Shown here one piece after another: positions 49,175-58,448 of a DNA stretch of 64,000 bases. How positions within the stretch are numbered: the first letter of the stretch is position 1; each line of letters begins with the position of its first letter. The position numbers and the translations under genes are program-made. This stretch comes from a virus (lineage: Duplodnaviria; Caudoviricetes), in IMG/VR virus record IMGVR_UViG_3300014205_000010, positions 1 through 64,000 of that record; one strand, written 5' to 3'. Below the pieces are notes generated by a model. That model was given only the letters and a program-made list of their open reading frames with translations. It was not told the origin of the DNA and did no database searches.

Positions 49175-50244
49175 AGAAAAGTTGCTCTCCTAGAAGATAA
49201 TTGTTCTGCCTCAGCATTCATTTTATAGTATCTGGATGGTCCACTACTACACATTCTACATATCTCGTTTTGATCATTAATATGTTCAGCAGCTATTCTT
49301 TCAATGTTTTCTTTTGTCATTATCCGTAACAACGGAGTATCATATATATTTCCGTATGAGTACTTCATATCTCGCTGATCGAAAGGAAGATTATCTCCGA
49401 CGAGATAGCAACAAGGAAATACTGAACCATCAGTATCTATAAAAGCATGCAGATATGGAATAACACAGTTTTTTGGGTCTACTGGAGATACTTTGTCTCC
49501 ATTTGTTATAATTTGGCGTACGTTAGTATATCTGTCTATCCAATCACTAAAATCTGAGGTATTACCAAATAAATTTGCCAGGTCATAGCGAAGTTTAAGT
49601 ACCTGTTGTTCTGTAACTACGTTATAGTCATGAACAAAATACCCATAAATTGGTATCTGATTATCATAGCATTTTTTTACCATAAGCGGAAATTCTTCTA
49701 TGTTTTCTGACTGTATGGTGTACTGAACTCTAACCTTATCTAAACCAGCTTCGCTATAGAGTCGCACGAATTCATTCTTAACAAAAGCTGCATTTACAAA
49801 AGCAGTTTCATATGAATTTGGGTGTGAACCTCTAATTTTTGCCCAAGTTTGTGGTGTAGCTCCGTCTATAGAAAACCTGATAAATCCGAATTTAGTCAAA
49901 TCCAGATCAACATATCTATTGGTAGAATTATCAAGACCAGTAGTAAACATCCCAAGTTTTATCTCTGGTTTAATGTGATCAATGAGAGCTTTGAGATGAA
50001 CATAATTCATTGGGTCTCCACCAGATAAAACAATAGTTTCAAGATCTGGTAGGCTATTAAGCTCTCTTACGGCTAATTCAACTTGAATGACATTTTTGCT
50101 ACCGGCTTGAATAGCTGCCCATTCTGGTTTATGACACATAATACATTTTTGTGGGCATGTATTCGTGACATTAAGCTGAACTGAAACAAGGTGTGGTTCT
50201 TGTCTTTTTATCCATGATTCATACATAGTAACATATTGCGGCAT
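49171..50244 (-). CDS. Radical SAM enzyme with C-terminal SPASM/twitch domain
   Basis: CPQKCIMC, LSGGDP, FSIDG, CVIP...IDTDGSVFPCC...YGNI...CRMC. Start re-called at ATG 50244. Confidence 0.88.
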   Translation of the reverse strand: MPQYVTMYESWIKRQEPHLVSVQLNVTNTCPQKCIMCHKPEWAAIQAGSKNVIQVELAVRELNSLPDLETIVLSGGDPMNYVHLKALIDHIKPEIKLGMFTTGLDNSTNRYVDLDLTKFGFIRFSIDGATPQTWAKIRGSHPNSYETAFVNAAFVKNEFVRLYSEAGLDKVRVQYTIQSENIEEFPLMVKKCYDNQIPIYGYFVHDYNVVTEQQVLKLRYDLANLFGNTSDFSDWIDRYTNVRQIITNGDKVSPVDPKNCVIPYLHAFIDTDGSVFPCCYLVGDNLPFDQRDMKYSYGNIYDTPLLRIMTKENIERIAAEHINDQNEICRMCSSGPSRYYKMNAEAEQLSSRRATFL

Positions 50245-50250
50245 TATTCT

Positions 50251-50279
50251 ATTATAACCACCTATATACAAGATGTAAA
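50251..50279 (-). promoter_or_regulatory. Promoter TTTACA-N17-TATAAT, 6 nt before the radical SAM ATG
   Basis: Near-consensus boxes with exact 17-nt spacer. Confidence 0.65.
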
Positions 50280-50280
50280 T

Positions 50281-50961
50281 TTATATTCTTGAAGAAATTG
50301 TATTCATGATGGCTTTATAAGCTCTTTCGTTTTCAGTTACGAATTCTAATTTCTTCATAGCAGCTATAGTTCTATCAGTATGTCTGTATCTTTCATATGC
50401 TGGATGATACATTGTCATGTATAATCCACTATAATATTCTCTTGACATGTATAGAATTTTGTTTCTAATTCTGTCTGTTGTTATAAATGGATCTTTTTGG
50501 TGTGTTTGATCAAAAAACCATGAATGCGCCAAATTTCCCAGGGATAAAATCGCCCAGGGATCTATTAGTCTGATTTGATCTTCAAGCCACTCCCTGCAAT
50601 TATATACTTCTTCATGGGTAGGCAATGAGTTATCTGGAGTTCTACACTTTATGATATTTGTTAGTGCCCAGACAGTATCCTCTGAAAACCCTTGCTTTAA
50701 CCACTCGCCAATAGGGGCCTCCATGAGACCCCTTGCATATCCTTGCTGGAACCTGCGCCACTGTTCTTCTTCTGCGTATGAATTGTCATCCCAACCAGAA
50801 GCTCTTTTACTTAACTGTCCTGGATTTTGTGCAACAACCAAAATCTTGGCATCTTTTGGAAAAAACCCAGGCATGCTAGCGAATTGAAACCTAGGACAAG
50901 TCCTACATTTCCATATTCGCTGATTTAACTCTTTCAACGGCGATTGGGTTACCTTCGGCAA
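50281..50961 (-). CDS. Uracil-DNA glycosylase family 4/5-like protein
   Basis: CRTC, VVAQNPG, TNIIKCR, NC, ILSLG, MYHPAY. Confidence 0.8.
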   Translation of the reverse strand: MPKVTQSPLKELNQRIWKCRTCPRFQFASMPGFFPKDAKILVVAQNPGQLSKRASGWDDNSYAEEEQWRRFQQGYARGLMEAPIGEWLKQGFSEDTVWALTNIIKCRTPDNSLPTHEEVYNCREWLEDQIRLIDPWAILSLGNLAHSWFFDQTHQKDPFITTDRIRNKILYMSREYYSGLYMTMYHPAYERYRHTDRTIAAMKKLEFVTENERAYKAIMNTISSRI

Positions 50962-51292
50962 CTTGTCTATCCCAGTTCATTCTAATTTTGGTGAGAATCC
51001 ACTCTGTAGCTTCATCAGCTTCTATTCCAAGGATGAGAAGCATGTTAACAGAGAAGATGAAGCAATCAACGGCTTCCTCGATTTGTTTGTCTCGATTGTG
51101 AGGCCGCGCTCTCTTGGACACTTTCCAATTGAATTCATCTCTATACTCGAATGCTTCTCTTGCTAGGCCCGTAGAAAGATAATCTGCGATCTTGTCGAGA
51201 TATTGAGGATCCTCGCTGACTTTTTTGAAGTCAACGAAGAGAGCCTCAAATTCTTTCTGGACCTTGAAGATTTCTCCAAGGCCTTCAGCCAT
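50903..51292 (-). CDS. All-alpha dNTP pyrophosphatase (dimeric dUTPase/dCTPase, MazG-like)
   Basis: REAFE...NWK...EEAVDCFIF...KIRMNWDRQ. Confidence 0.8.
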   Translation of the reverse strand: MAEGLGEIFKVQKEFEALFVDFKKVSEDPQYLDKIADYLSTGLAREAFEYRDEFNWKVSKRARPHNRDKQIEEAVDCFIFSVNMLLILGIEADEATEWILTKIRMNWDRQVAEGNPIAVERVKSANMEM

Positions 51293-52173
51293 TAATCATC
51301 GTCCTCGAGATCGAAGTCTTCATCGTCTTCGTCCTCGTCTTCTTCATCTTCATCATCCTCAGATTCTTCATCATCCTCGTCCTCATCCTCAGCCTCCTCA
51401 TCCTCATCATCATCTTCTTCATCTTCCTCGTCTTCTTCTTCGTCCTCTTCTTCATCTTCTTCAGGAGGAGGCGCAGCCTTCTTAGATGGCCGCTTCTTTT
51501 CACGAATTGGAGCTACTTCAGGTTCTTCATCATCTTCTTCATCATCTTCAGGTTCTTCTACTGGAGCAGCTCTTCGCTTAGGTGGAGTTTCTTTTGCTAC
51601 GGTTTTAACTTTTCTAGTAACAGCGGTCTCATCAGTAAGACGCCTTCTAGGTTCTTTCTTTTTTGGCTCAGGCGCAGAAAACAACTCTACAAGATCATAT
51701 TTTTCCTTGTATAGCTTCAGATCAACTGCATCCATTTTCTTAACAGCTCTAGGAGTGAACTGATATCTAGTGCCTTGCCCTTCACCAGTCTTTTTAACTC
51801 TATAATCTCGATCATGAATGTTTCCATATTCATCGACGAATTCAAGAATGCTTTGTGCATGACTTGCTGCGATGGAGAATACCTTGCAAATACCATCAGC
51901 TCTGTCAATTACATTAAATGCATAATATTCACCTGGTCGATTTTCAGCCTCGCAAAATTCGCACTGACCATCCAATTCTTCAGTATCATCTTGACAGAGT
52001 CTATACTTCTTGTCAATATAATGTTGCCTGAAGAAAACAACATCATCTTCAGTCCTAACAAGAAAACGTACAACTACGATCTTGTTGGCTTCAACCTTAA
52101 GGTACTTGGCCGATGGGCCTCGTTCTGCTCTCGTTCTGAGAGCCGTCCATCCCTTACTTGCCATTATATCCAA
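51292..52173 (-). CDS. Single-stranded DNA-binding protein (gp32-like) with long acidic tail
   Basis: VVRFL, QHY, C..C..C, FNVIDR, DRDYRVKKTGEG.TRY; ~55-residue D/E tail. Confidence 0.75.
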   Translation of the reverse strand: MDIMASKGWTALRTRAERGPSAKYLKVEANKIVVVRFLVRTEDDVVFFRQHYIDKKYRLCQDDTEELDGQCEFCEAENRPGEYYAFNVIDRADGICKVFSIAASHAQSILEFVDEYGNIHDRDYRVKKTGEGQGTRYQFTPRAVKKMDAVDLKLYKEKYDLVELFSAPEPKKKEPRRRLTDETAVTRKVKTVAKETPPKRRAAPVEEPEDDEEDDEEPEVAPIREKKRPSKKAAPPPEEDEEEDEEEDEEDEEDDDEDEEAEDEDEDDEESEDDEDEEDEDEDDEDFDLEDDD

Positions 52174-52394
52174 AACCTCGCATTTTTACTAAGTATGTTT
52201 ACAAGCCTCTCTCGAACTTGAGGACTCATTCGATCTTCATGTACATCAAGAAGCCATTGTAAATAATCTGTATCGTCTTCAGCTATTTCCTTAAACGATC
52301 GCCCATCATATTTTCCGAAATGTACTACTACATCATTTCCTTCTTTCAAGCCAAAACGCTGATTTTTTCTTAATCTGTCAAAAGCGCTAGACAA
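52164..52394 (-). CDS. DUF3820/ExoX-C-terminal-like small protein
   Basis: HFGKYDGRSFKEIAEDDTDYLQWLL. Confidence 0.7.
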   Translation of the reverse strand: MSSAFDRLRKNQRFGLKEGNDVVVHFGKYDGRSFKEIAEDDTDYLQWLLDVHEDRMSPQVRERLVNILSKNARFWI

Positions 52395-53334
52395 AACAGA
52401 GTTTCTTACTTTTAAGAATTGGAACCCATATTTCTGCTATTTTACTTGTAAACAAAATGTTTTGAATCTCCTCTTTAGTGAGATTGTCTATATCTTCGTA
52501 CGAAATTGTCGGGATGTAAACCTTTGAATTTATTCTTTTCCAAGCTGCGATATTAGACTTCGGTTTATTTAAAGGTCCAAACATTCCATAAGTTCCAGCA
52601 TCGTCATCATCAAAAAGCATGAAAACTTTTTTGAATGAACTTAAAAACTGAGCTTGCTTTATACTAACAACACTGCCCATAGTAGATACGCAAGGTATAC
52701 CTAAACTATAGAGCCGTATAGCAGCAATAAGGCCTTCAACGACTACTACTTCATCTGTAGTATCCATTAAGTGAAGCCCAAAAATATGCTGTTTCTTAGA
52801 GAATGGCTGTATGAATTTATACTTATCTTCATCTACTGATTTAAGTATAGTTCTACCTTGAACTCCAACTAGTTTACCTGTATGATCTCTAATTGGTATA
52901 GTTACTCTAGCTGAAGAAGAATCATATCCAAGTTCAAATTTTTTTCTAATTTTAGGCCCTATTCCTCTTGTTCTCCAGTATGGATGATCAACTTGGTATT
53001 GATTTAATACTGAATCACTATATATTTTGTCAAACTGTGTCTCTGTATACTTTGATATTTCCTTGAACAGACTTGCTGGTTTGTAGAAACCTCCGTAACG
53101 ATTCCTCAGCCATAATTCTGCTTGTTTGTATTCCCAGCTTTCTATTAAGGAAACAAAGTCTATCGAGTTTCCACCGATCTTGCATCTGAAGCATGTCCAG
53201 AGGCTGTTGTGTATGTTGAAATTTGCTGAAGGGTCTCTGTCGTTGTGAAATGGGCAACGGAACGCGAACTCACTTCCTCTGATTATACCTTCTATATTAT
53301 AGTAAGAAAGCAAATCTAGTACGTCGACTCTCAT
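52387..53334 (-). CDS. dnaG: DNA primase (CHC2 zinc finger + TOPRIM)
   Basis: CPFHNDRDPS..CFRC, IPIRD, VVVEG, FDDDDAG. Confidence 0.9.
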   Translation of the reverse strand: MRVDVLDLLSYYNIEGIIRGSEFAFRCPFHNDRDPSANFNIHNSLWTCFRCKIGGNSIDFVSLIESWEYKQAELWLRNRYGGFYKPASLFKEISKYTETQFDKIYSDSVLNQYQVDHPYWRTRGIGPKIRKKFELGYDSSSARVTIPIRDHTGKLVGVQGRTILKSVDEDKYKFIQPFSKKQHIFGLHLMDTTDEVVVVEGLIAAIRLYSLGIPCVSTMGSVVSIKQAQFLSSFKKVFMLFDDDDAGTYGMFGPLNKPKSNIAAWKRINSKVYIPTISYEDIDNLTKEEIQNILFTSKIAEIWVPILKSKKLCFV

Positions 53335-54617
53335 TCCTCATCCTCGAACAAGCCAAGAGTCTTTACTTCTTTTTCTGTTAATTCTCTTATCTCAATTCTA
53401 CCTCCTAGATTCCATTTACAGATTATATCTTCGCCTTTAATACCATCTCTATTTTTTGCTAGTCTAACAGATGCCACGCCTCGTTCAAGCATTTTTACGT
53501 CTTGAAACACACCAACAACTATATCGGATAACTGGCCAATAGCATCTGCAAATGAAATATTTTCAGAATTTACGCCTTCTTTCGCTGAAGCTCTATTACT
53601 TTGAACTACTCCGCAAAATGGGATGTTTGTATATAAAGCCATTTGCTTTATTTCATCCATTACTTGGGTAATTTTTTGCCAATCAACAGAATATGTATTA
53701 CCCATTCTCAATAGGTGAACACCATCTATAAGTACAATGTCTGGCTTAATTCTTTCCACGTAACTGAGAATAGTGTCTGGACCCATTCTTCTAAGTCCAG
53801 ATATTACAATATGCTCATTGTCATAATCTTCCGCAAACCTTTTGGCGTTTTCTCTCCACCTAGCTATTTCAGATTTAGACATTGATAAAGTTTTCAAGTC
53901 ATCATAATTCAAGCCACCAAGCATTGAATCGAATCTGCGCTCAAATAGCTCCTTGGATTCTTCAAGTGAAAAGGTTAATACGTTTTTTCTATCCAAGAAA
54001 TTTGTCATGGCGATATGCTTCAATAGATTAGACTTTCCAGTGCCTAATCTTGCAGCTATATTTACAAAATCTCCGTCTTTCATTCCCATCGTGCGTTTAT
54101 CTAGTGTAGGTAAACCAAATCTTAGGCCCATGGGACTTATTCCTCTTACAACCAAGTCCTCGTATTTATCAATACGTTTGCCCATGTCTCTGACTTTTAC
54201 CATATCTCCGGTAGATGCAATTCCAGCCATTTGCATTCCAGCTCTAATGAACTCATCATATACTGATGGATCATCTTCGTCTACGAGCTGAGCAATTTTT
54301 CGCACGCTTTCAACAACATGCTTATATCTGACATTCTGCATGACTTCTTCACAGATGTCTAAAAATGGTTCAGTTTCTTGATTTACCTTGAGTAGTCTTA
54401 AATCTGGGAATTGTCTCTTGAATCGTTCTTTTGTCGGAACAACTCTAAATTTTGAATAAAATCTGAATATCCAGCTAAAAGCTTTTTTGCTTTCAACATC
54501 GAAAAATATTGACTCAGAAATACCAATTTCTAGTGGTGTTGTTATATCTGAGTTTTGTAAAATAGCCGAAATAAGTTTTCTTTCTGAGCTCATCTTACAG
54601 ATCAAACTCGCCTTCAT
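53331..54617 (-). CDS. dnaB: Replicative DnaB-like helicase
   Basis: AARLGTGKS, FSLEE, VLIDG, QSNR, KNRDG. Confidence 0.9.
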   Translation of the reverse strand: MKASLICKMSSERKLISAILQNSDITTPLEIGISESIFFDVESKKAFSWIFRFYSKFRVVPTKERFKRQFPDLRLLKVNQETEPFLDICEEVMQNVRYKHVVESVRKIAQLVDEDDPSVYDEFIRAGMQMAGIASTGDMVKVRDMGKRIDKYEDLVVRGISPMGLRFGLPTLDKRTMGMKDGDFVNIAARLGTGKSNLLKHIAMTNFLDRKNVLTFSLEESKELFERRFDSMLGGLNYDDLKTLSMSKSEIARWRENAKRFAEDYDNEHIVISGLRRMGPDTILSYVERIKPDIVLIDGVHLLRMGNTYSVDWQKITQVMDEIKQMALYTNIPFCGVVQSNRASAKEGVNSENISFADAIGQLSDIVVGVFQDVKMLERGVASVRLAKNRDGIKGEDIICKWNLGGRIEIRELTEKEVKTLGLFEDEE

Positions 54618-54795
54618 TAAAGGCTTTTTTCAGGCCGTCTCTAGCGCTACTGCAGTACTTAGCTAGAACATTGTGACACTCTGTTAAACCACGTTTCTTA
54701 TCTTCAAATTCTTCCTCAACTGATGCTTGAATTTCTATGAAAGAATAATCAGCTATCTTATAATGTTCTGTTCTTGTTATTTTAATCACAGGCAT
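54595..54795 (-). CDS. Hypothetical protein
   Basis: 66-aa ORF in operon. Confidence 0.55.
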   Translation of the reverse strand: MPVIKITRTEHYKIADYSFIEIQASVEEEFEDKKRGLTECHNVLAKYCSSARDGLKKAFNEGEFDL

Positions 54796-54798
54796 TGA

Positions 54799-55062
54799 TT
54801 AATCCTTTGCAAAAGAGGCTAAGCTTGCATTACGGTTTGATATTCTTTCAGCTTTTATTTGAGCAAGTCTAAAAGACTGTTTCGGATCAAAATATCTGTG
54901 ATTATCAATTCTAATCACAATTATTTTGTATGTACCGAATAAGCCTAATCTTTCATATCCACGAATCGCACTCTGACTAACATGTGCAAGTCTTGACATT
55001 TCTCTAATAGAAACCCATCTTTTTCCGCTAGTGTCAGTGTACTCTAAAGATCTTCTAGCCAT
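54799..55062 (-). CDS. MerR-like HTH DNA-binding protein
   Basis: SIREMSRLAHVSQSAIRGYERLGL...HRYF. Confidence 0.75.
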   Translation of the reverse strand: MARRSLEYTDTSGKRWVSIREMSRLAHVSQSAIRGYERLGLFGTYKIIVIRIDNHRYFDPKQSFRLAQIKAERISNRNASLASFAKD

Positions 55063-55089
55063 TTATCATCTCGAAAGTGTGGTATTGCA

Positions 55090-55118
55090 ATACTAAACTA
55101 AAATAGTCTTGTTGTAAA
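55090..55118 (-). promoter_or_regulatory. Promoter TTTACA-N17-TAGTAT
   Basis: Intergenic, exact 17-nt spacer. Confidence 0.5.
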
Positions 55119-55127
55119 ATTCTTGAG

Positions 55128-56486
55128 CTATTTAATTTTCCACCTATTAGATCTGTATTTAGCTCTCCTGTTATTAAATTGTTTTGACAAAGTATTTTGT
55201 TGCCAATCCCAGTAATCATATACAATAGCATCTTTTTTGTTCGGATGAGGTCTTCTAATACGACCTATCTGTTGCATATTTCTATTTGGATTTGAAGTCG
55301 GAAATGTAAGGTGTAGTCTATCCAATATAGGTATATCTAGGCCTTCATCTGCGAGAGATGTAGCAAATAATACATGAATTTTTCCATTTGCTACTCTCTC
55401 AAATATTTCTTGCCTGTCTTTAATCGGCACAGACCCAATAACCATTTCTGATTTAATTCCAATCTTATCCAACAGCATTTTTAGATAATCTAAATGAGCT
55501 ATTCTGTCAGATAATACTAAATGATATCTTTCAGGTTCCATAGCTATCATGGTAGTTATCAGTTTATTTCTATTATCATCTATTACTAGAGCAGGCATTA
55601 ATTTTGTAAAATCTTTTCTAGTAAAAGTTGGAAAACCAACAAAACTAGTTCTCACAGCAATGATAGTTGGATCAATAACTGCTCCATTTGATGTTCCTTC
55701 TGACATAACATGTCTCACTGGACCAATAGCCAAAAACATAAGCTTTTGAAGCTGATCTTTTCTAACTGTAGTAGCAGTACAACCATAAATATGGTGAGCT
55801 CTAATCCTGCATATATTACTAAGCCAAGTATACGCCGGAACATGGTGGCACTCATCAATCATTAAGACAGAAAACCTGTCTTTTATTTTTTCTATTCTGT
55901 CTGGATTAGCATGAAGAGTAGGAATCATAGCGATGGTAATATTTTTGACCTTGAATTTTCCTTCTCCTATTATACCAGGTTCATAACCTAGATATTTTTT
56001 AATTCTTTCTCGCCACTGCTTCAGTAAATGGTTTCTATGAACGAGAATTAATGTTGGAAGACTAAGCTTCTGCATTAATTGTATCATGATATTTGTTTTG
56101 CCAGATGCTGTTGGAGCTGATAATATTCCTTCTGTGTATTCGAACATTGTTTCAACAGCTTCTAGCTGATAATCTCTATGCTCCATGTATTCTTTATATG
56201 TCAGGTCTATTTTTTCGTGAAGAATTGTATCCCACTCTATTTCAACTGATGGCAGTATGTCCATCAGCGTATACAAAAAGCCCCTAGGTATGTATATATA
56301 TTTACCTACGATATCATAGACCTCATACTCTGCAACTTCATCAGCTCTGTTATAGCCTTGTATTGCCAAATTATCTTCATAGCTTTTATTCTTTACAGTA
56401 CAGCCGTAAATAATCTCATCTAACTGGTCTTGGCTTAGATCAGAAATCTTGATTTTTATCTGGCTTGATATGAAGAGCAGAGTCAT
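55128..56486 (-). CDS. Superfamily 2 DEAD/DEAH helicase (UvsW/ResIII-like)
   Basis: RDYQ, APTASGKT, IDECHH, GCTAT, EGLDIP, QQIGRIRR. Confidence 0.9.
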   Translation of the reverse strand: MTLLFISSQIKIKISDLSQDQLDEIIYGCTVKNKSYEDNLAIQGYNRADEVAEYEVYDIVGKYIYIPRGFLYTLMDILPSVEIEWDTILHEKIDLTYKEYMEHRDYQLEAVETMFEYTEGILSAPTASGKTNIMIQLMQKLSLPTLILVHRNHLLKQWRERIKKYLGYEPGIIGEGKFKVKNITIAMIPTLHANPDRIEKIKDRFSVLMIDECHHVPAYTWLSNICRIRAHHIYGCTATTVRKDQLQKLMFLAIGPVRHVMSEGTSNGAVIDPTIIAVRTSFVGFPTFTRKDFTKLMPALVIDDNRNKLITTMIAMEPERYHLVLSDRIAHLDYLKMLLDKIGIKSEMVIGSVPIKDRQEIFERVANGKIHVLFATSLADEGLDIPILDRLHLTFPTSNPNRNMQQIGRIRRPHPNKKDAIVYDYWDWQQNTLSKQFNNRRAKYRSNRWKIK

Positions 56487-56487
56487 T

Positions 56488-56754
56488 TTACTCTAGTGCC
56501 TTTAAAACTTCGCAGTCTTGGTTTTGAGCGATTGCTTTTCTGTGACAATCAACAACATATAGCGAATCGCTTCTTGCATCTTTTTTATCTACATGGCCTT
56601 TTCTCGATGAAACTAAATATGAATCTCCTAAATTTTTTCCTCCATGAAGAGTTATCCATTTTCCTTCATGATACTTGAAAGTAATTTTTTCTGAACATCC
56701 AGATATACATTCACCAATAATAGGGGCAGGTTCTTTATTTTTCATAGTACCCAC
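56488..56754 (-). CDS. Hypothetical protein
   Basis: ORF in operon. Confidence 0.5.
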   Translation of the reverse strand: MGTMKNKEPAPIIGECISGCSEKITFKYHEGKWITLHGGKNLGDSYLVSSRKGHVDKKDARSDSLYVVDCHRKAIAQNQDCEVLKALE

Positions 56755-57188
56755 ATGCTTCGGGTGAAAGTTTTGCTTCGAGTTTTTCGAATAATAGCAG
56801 CTGTGTCAGAATCAATTTGACCACTTTCAATCAATTCGTCAAGGGCTTTAGCATCGTATTTTACTGTTCCGTTTTCTCCGCCTCTCCACTGAATCCTACC
56901 TTCTGGAAAATCAAATTCAGTATCATACTCAAGAGACATTTTCTTTACATATTCTCTGTCTTTTTCTACCTGTTTTTCCATTGATTTCAGGCCCTGATAC
57001 TCAATAAGTTCAGAACAATGAGGGCATGGAGCTTCGTAACCTCCATTCAGACTTTTTATCCTCTTAATTGCATTTCTGATCTCCCTTCTTTCTGCGATAT
57101 TAATTTTTCTCGCGACCCTGGTTTTCATGCTTGTCATTTTATTTTGCCTTAGTTCTTCAGTTTTTGGGAGATTCTTACTAGAAACCAC
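56742..57188 (-). CDS. Hypothetical protein (CPHC motif)
   Basis: GAGGT RBS; basic helical protein. Confidence 0.6.
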   Translation of the reverse strand: MVSSKNLPKTEELRQNKMTSMKTRVARKINIAERREIRNAIKRIKSLNGGYEAPCPHCSELIEYQGLKSMEKQVEKDREYVKKMSLEYDTEFDFPEGRIQWRGGENGTVKYDAKALDELIESGQIDSDTAAIIRKTRSKTFTRSMWVL

Positions 57189-57220
57189 GTTTTTAGATAC
57201 CTCTTTCTGAAAACCTTTTT

Positions 57221-57523
57221 CTAAATTCTAATTCTCTCTAGAGCAATTAGATCTAATGCAATCAGAAACGTATCTTCCACTAACTTAAACATTGCATTCA
57301 GTACTCCATCATCTGGGAGTCCTGGAATTCCATTAAGCTCTAATTCTCGAATGATTAAAGCTGTTCGTTCGTCTTCCCCGAAGGAAGATCGAAATTGATT
57401 GTATGCAGATTCGAATCTACTCTGTTTCCAATTATTCAGGTTATTGATTACATCATCAATCTTCTGAAATGACTGCTTACCGAGTTCATATGTATCTGGA
57501 TATAAATCTCTTAAATCTGACAT
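57221..57523 (-). CDS. Hypothetical protein
   Basis: First gene after the promoter at 57556-57584. Confidence 0.6.
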   Translation of the reverse strand: MSDLRDLYPDTYELGKQSFQKIDDVINNLNNWKQSRFESAYNQFRSSFGEDERTALIIRELELNGIPGLPDDGVLNAMFKLVEDTFLIALDLIALERIRI

Positions 57524-57555
57524 TGGTATACCTGTCTTTCTGTTTTTATATGATA

Positions 57556-57584
57556 ATTATATATCTTCCTGAACAAGAAGTAAA
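57556..57584 (-). promoter_or_regulatory. Promoter TTTACT-N17-TATAAT
   Basis: Near-consensus; 23/29 identical to the divergent promoter at 60883-60911. Confidence 0.65.
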
Positions 57585-57880
57585 TAGTTAGACAGGACAG
57601 GGCGAGGCGCTTCGCGCCCACGCCCGCGCGCATTAAAATACGACTCTTCCAAGGAAGGGAGGGTTTAAACAGTATAGGCTAAATGTATAAAAAATCCCAG
57701 GGGTATTACGCGCCCGAGCGATATATATCCTGGGGTTAATACTATCTAGATTATATATTATCTAGGGTTGGATTATAAAGAGCTCTGCTCTTATATAATA
57801 CAAGACTATTAAATAAAAAAATTCAATTATACCGCGCGTACCCATACCTTAATTATACACAACCTTATCAATTGCTAACA

Positions 57881-57910
57881 AAATAAAAACCAGATCAAAA
57901 TAGATCTGGC
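57881..57910 (-). terminator. Rho-independent terminator
   Basis: CCAGATC-N6-GATCTGG then TTTTTATTTT on the minus strand. Confidence 0.6.
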
Positions 57911-57927
57911 CTATTTCAAGACGTTAT

Positions 57928-58104
57928 TTAATCTTCATCATCCTCATCTTCTGGTTCTTCATATTCTTCCTCATCATTTTCTTGAACTGGTTCAGAAGCT
58001 GGATTTTCTACTTCTTTAGCAGCCCAATTAGGGTGGCTGGTAGGATAGTTAGGTATACCTTCTGGGAATTCGTTAGAAATACTGACTTCGTTTTCATTAG
58101 CCAT
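57928..58104 (-). CDS. 58-aa highly acidic peptide (below ORF-track cutoff)
   Basis: AAGGAGG RBS; MANENEVSISNEFPEG...ENDEEEYEEPEDEDDED; own terminator. Confidence 0.7.
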   Translation of the reverse strand: MANENEVSISNEFPEGIPNYPTSHPNWAAKEVENPASEPVQENDEEEYEEPEDEDDED

Positions 58105-58182
58105 GGTGAGGCCTCCTTGGATGAATTCTAACCCAACTCAAATAGAACGTGAATATATTTAGTAAAACTGAAATAACAAAAA

Positions 58183-58216
58183 TATAAAAAGGGCCGAGTA
58201 TTTCTACCCGACCCTC
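58183..58216 (-). terminator. Rho-independent terminator after tRNA-Leu
   Basis: AGGGTCGGGTA-GAAA-TACTCGGCCCT followed by a T-run. Confidence 0.75.
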
Positions 58217-58225
58217 AATTTGTTT

Positions 58226-58309
58226 TGGTGCCCAGAGAGGGATTCGAACCCTCACCCAATTAAGGAGCTGATTTTAAGTCAGCCGCGTCTGCCATTCCGC
58301 CATCCGGGC
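58226..58309 (-). tRNA. tRNA-Leu (TAA)
   Basis: GCCCGGA acceptor, GCTGA-CTTAAAA-TCAGC anticodon arm, variable arm, GGTTCGAATCC, encoded CCA. Confidence 0.95.
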
Positions 58310-58448
58310 TAGGATTCATAACAAGCATTGTAGAACGTTCGTGTGGCTTTTCTTTCTGACCAGTGCAGTATATTGTGTCAGAGTGAATAGCAAAAGGATC
58401 CTGCTCAATTATCGTATGACAATTTAAGCAGATCTTCTTCAGCATTTT

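Noticed and set aside
51292-51560. TCA/TCC/TCT triplet runs here and at 59500-59640 as DNA repeats or His/Arg-rich plus-strand ORFs
   Set aside because: They simply encode poly-Asp/Glu tails on the minus strand.
58260-58445. 61-aa CxxC ORF whose 3' end runs into tRNA-Leu
   Set aside because: May be real since it abuts the upstream gene, but the overlap with a tRNA and lack of a recognisable motif leave it unsupported. ORF 59068-59250 is rejected likewise because it spans the inverted repeat and tRNA-Arg.
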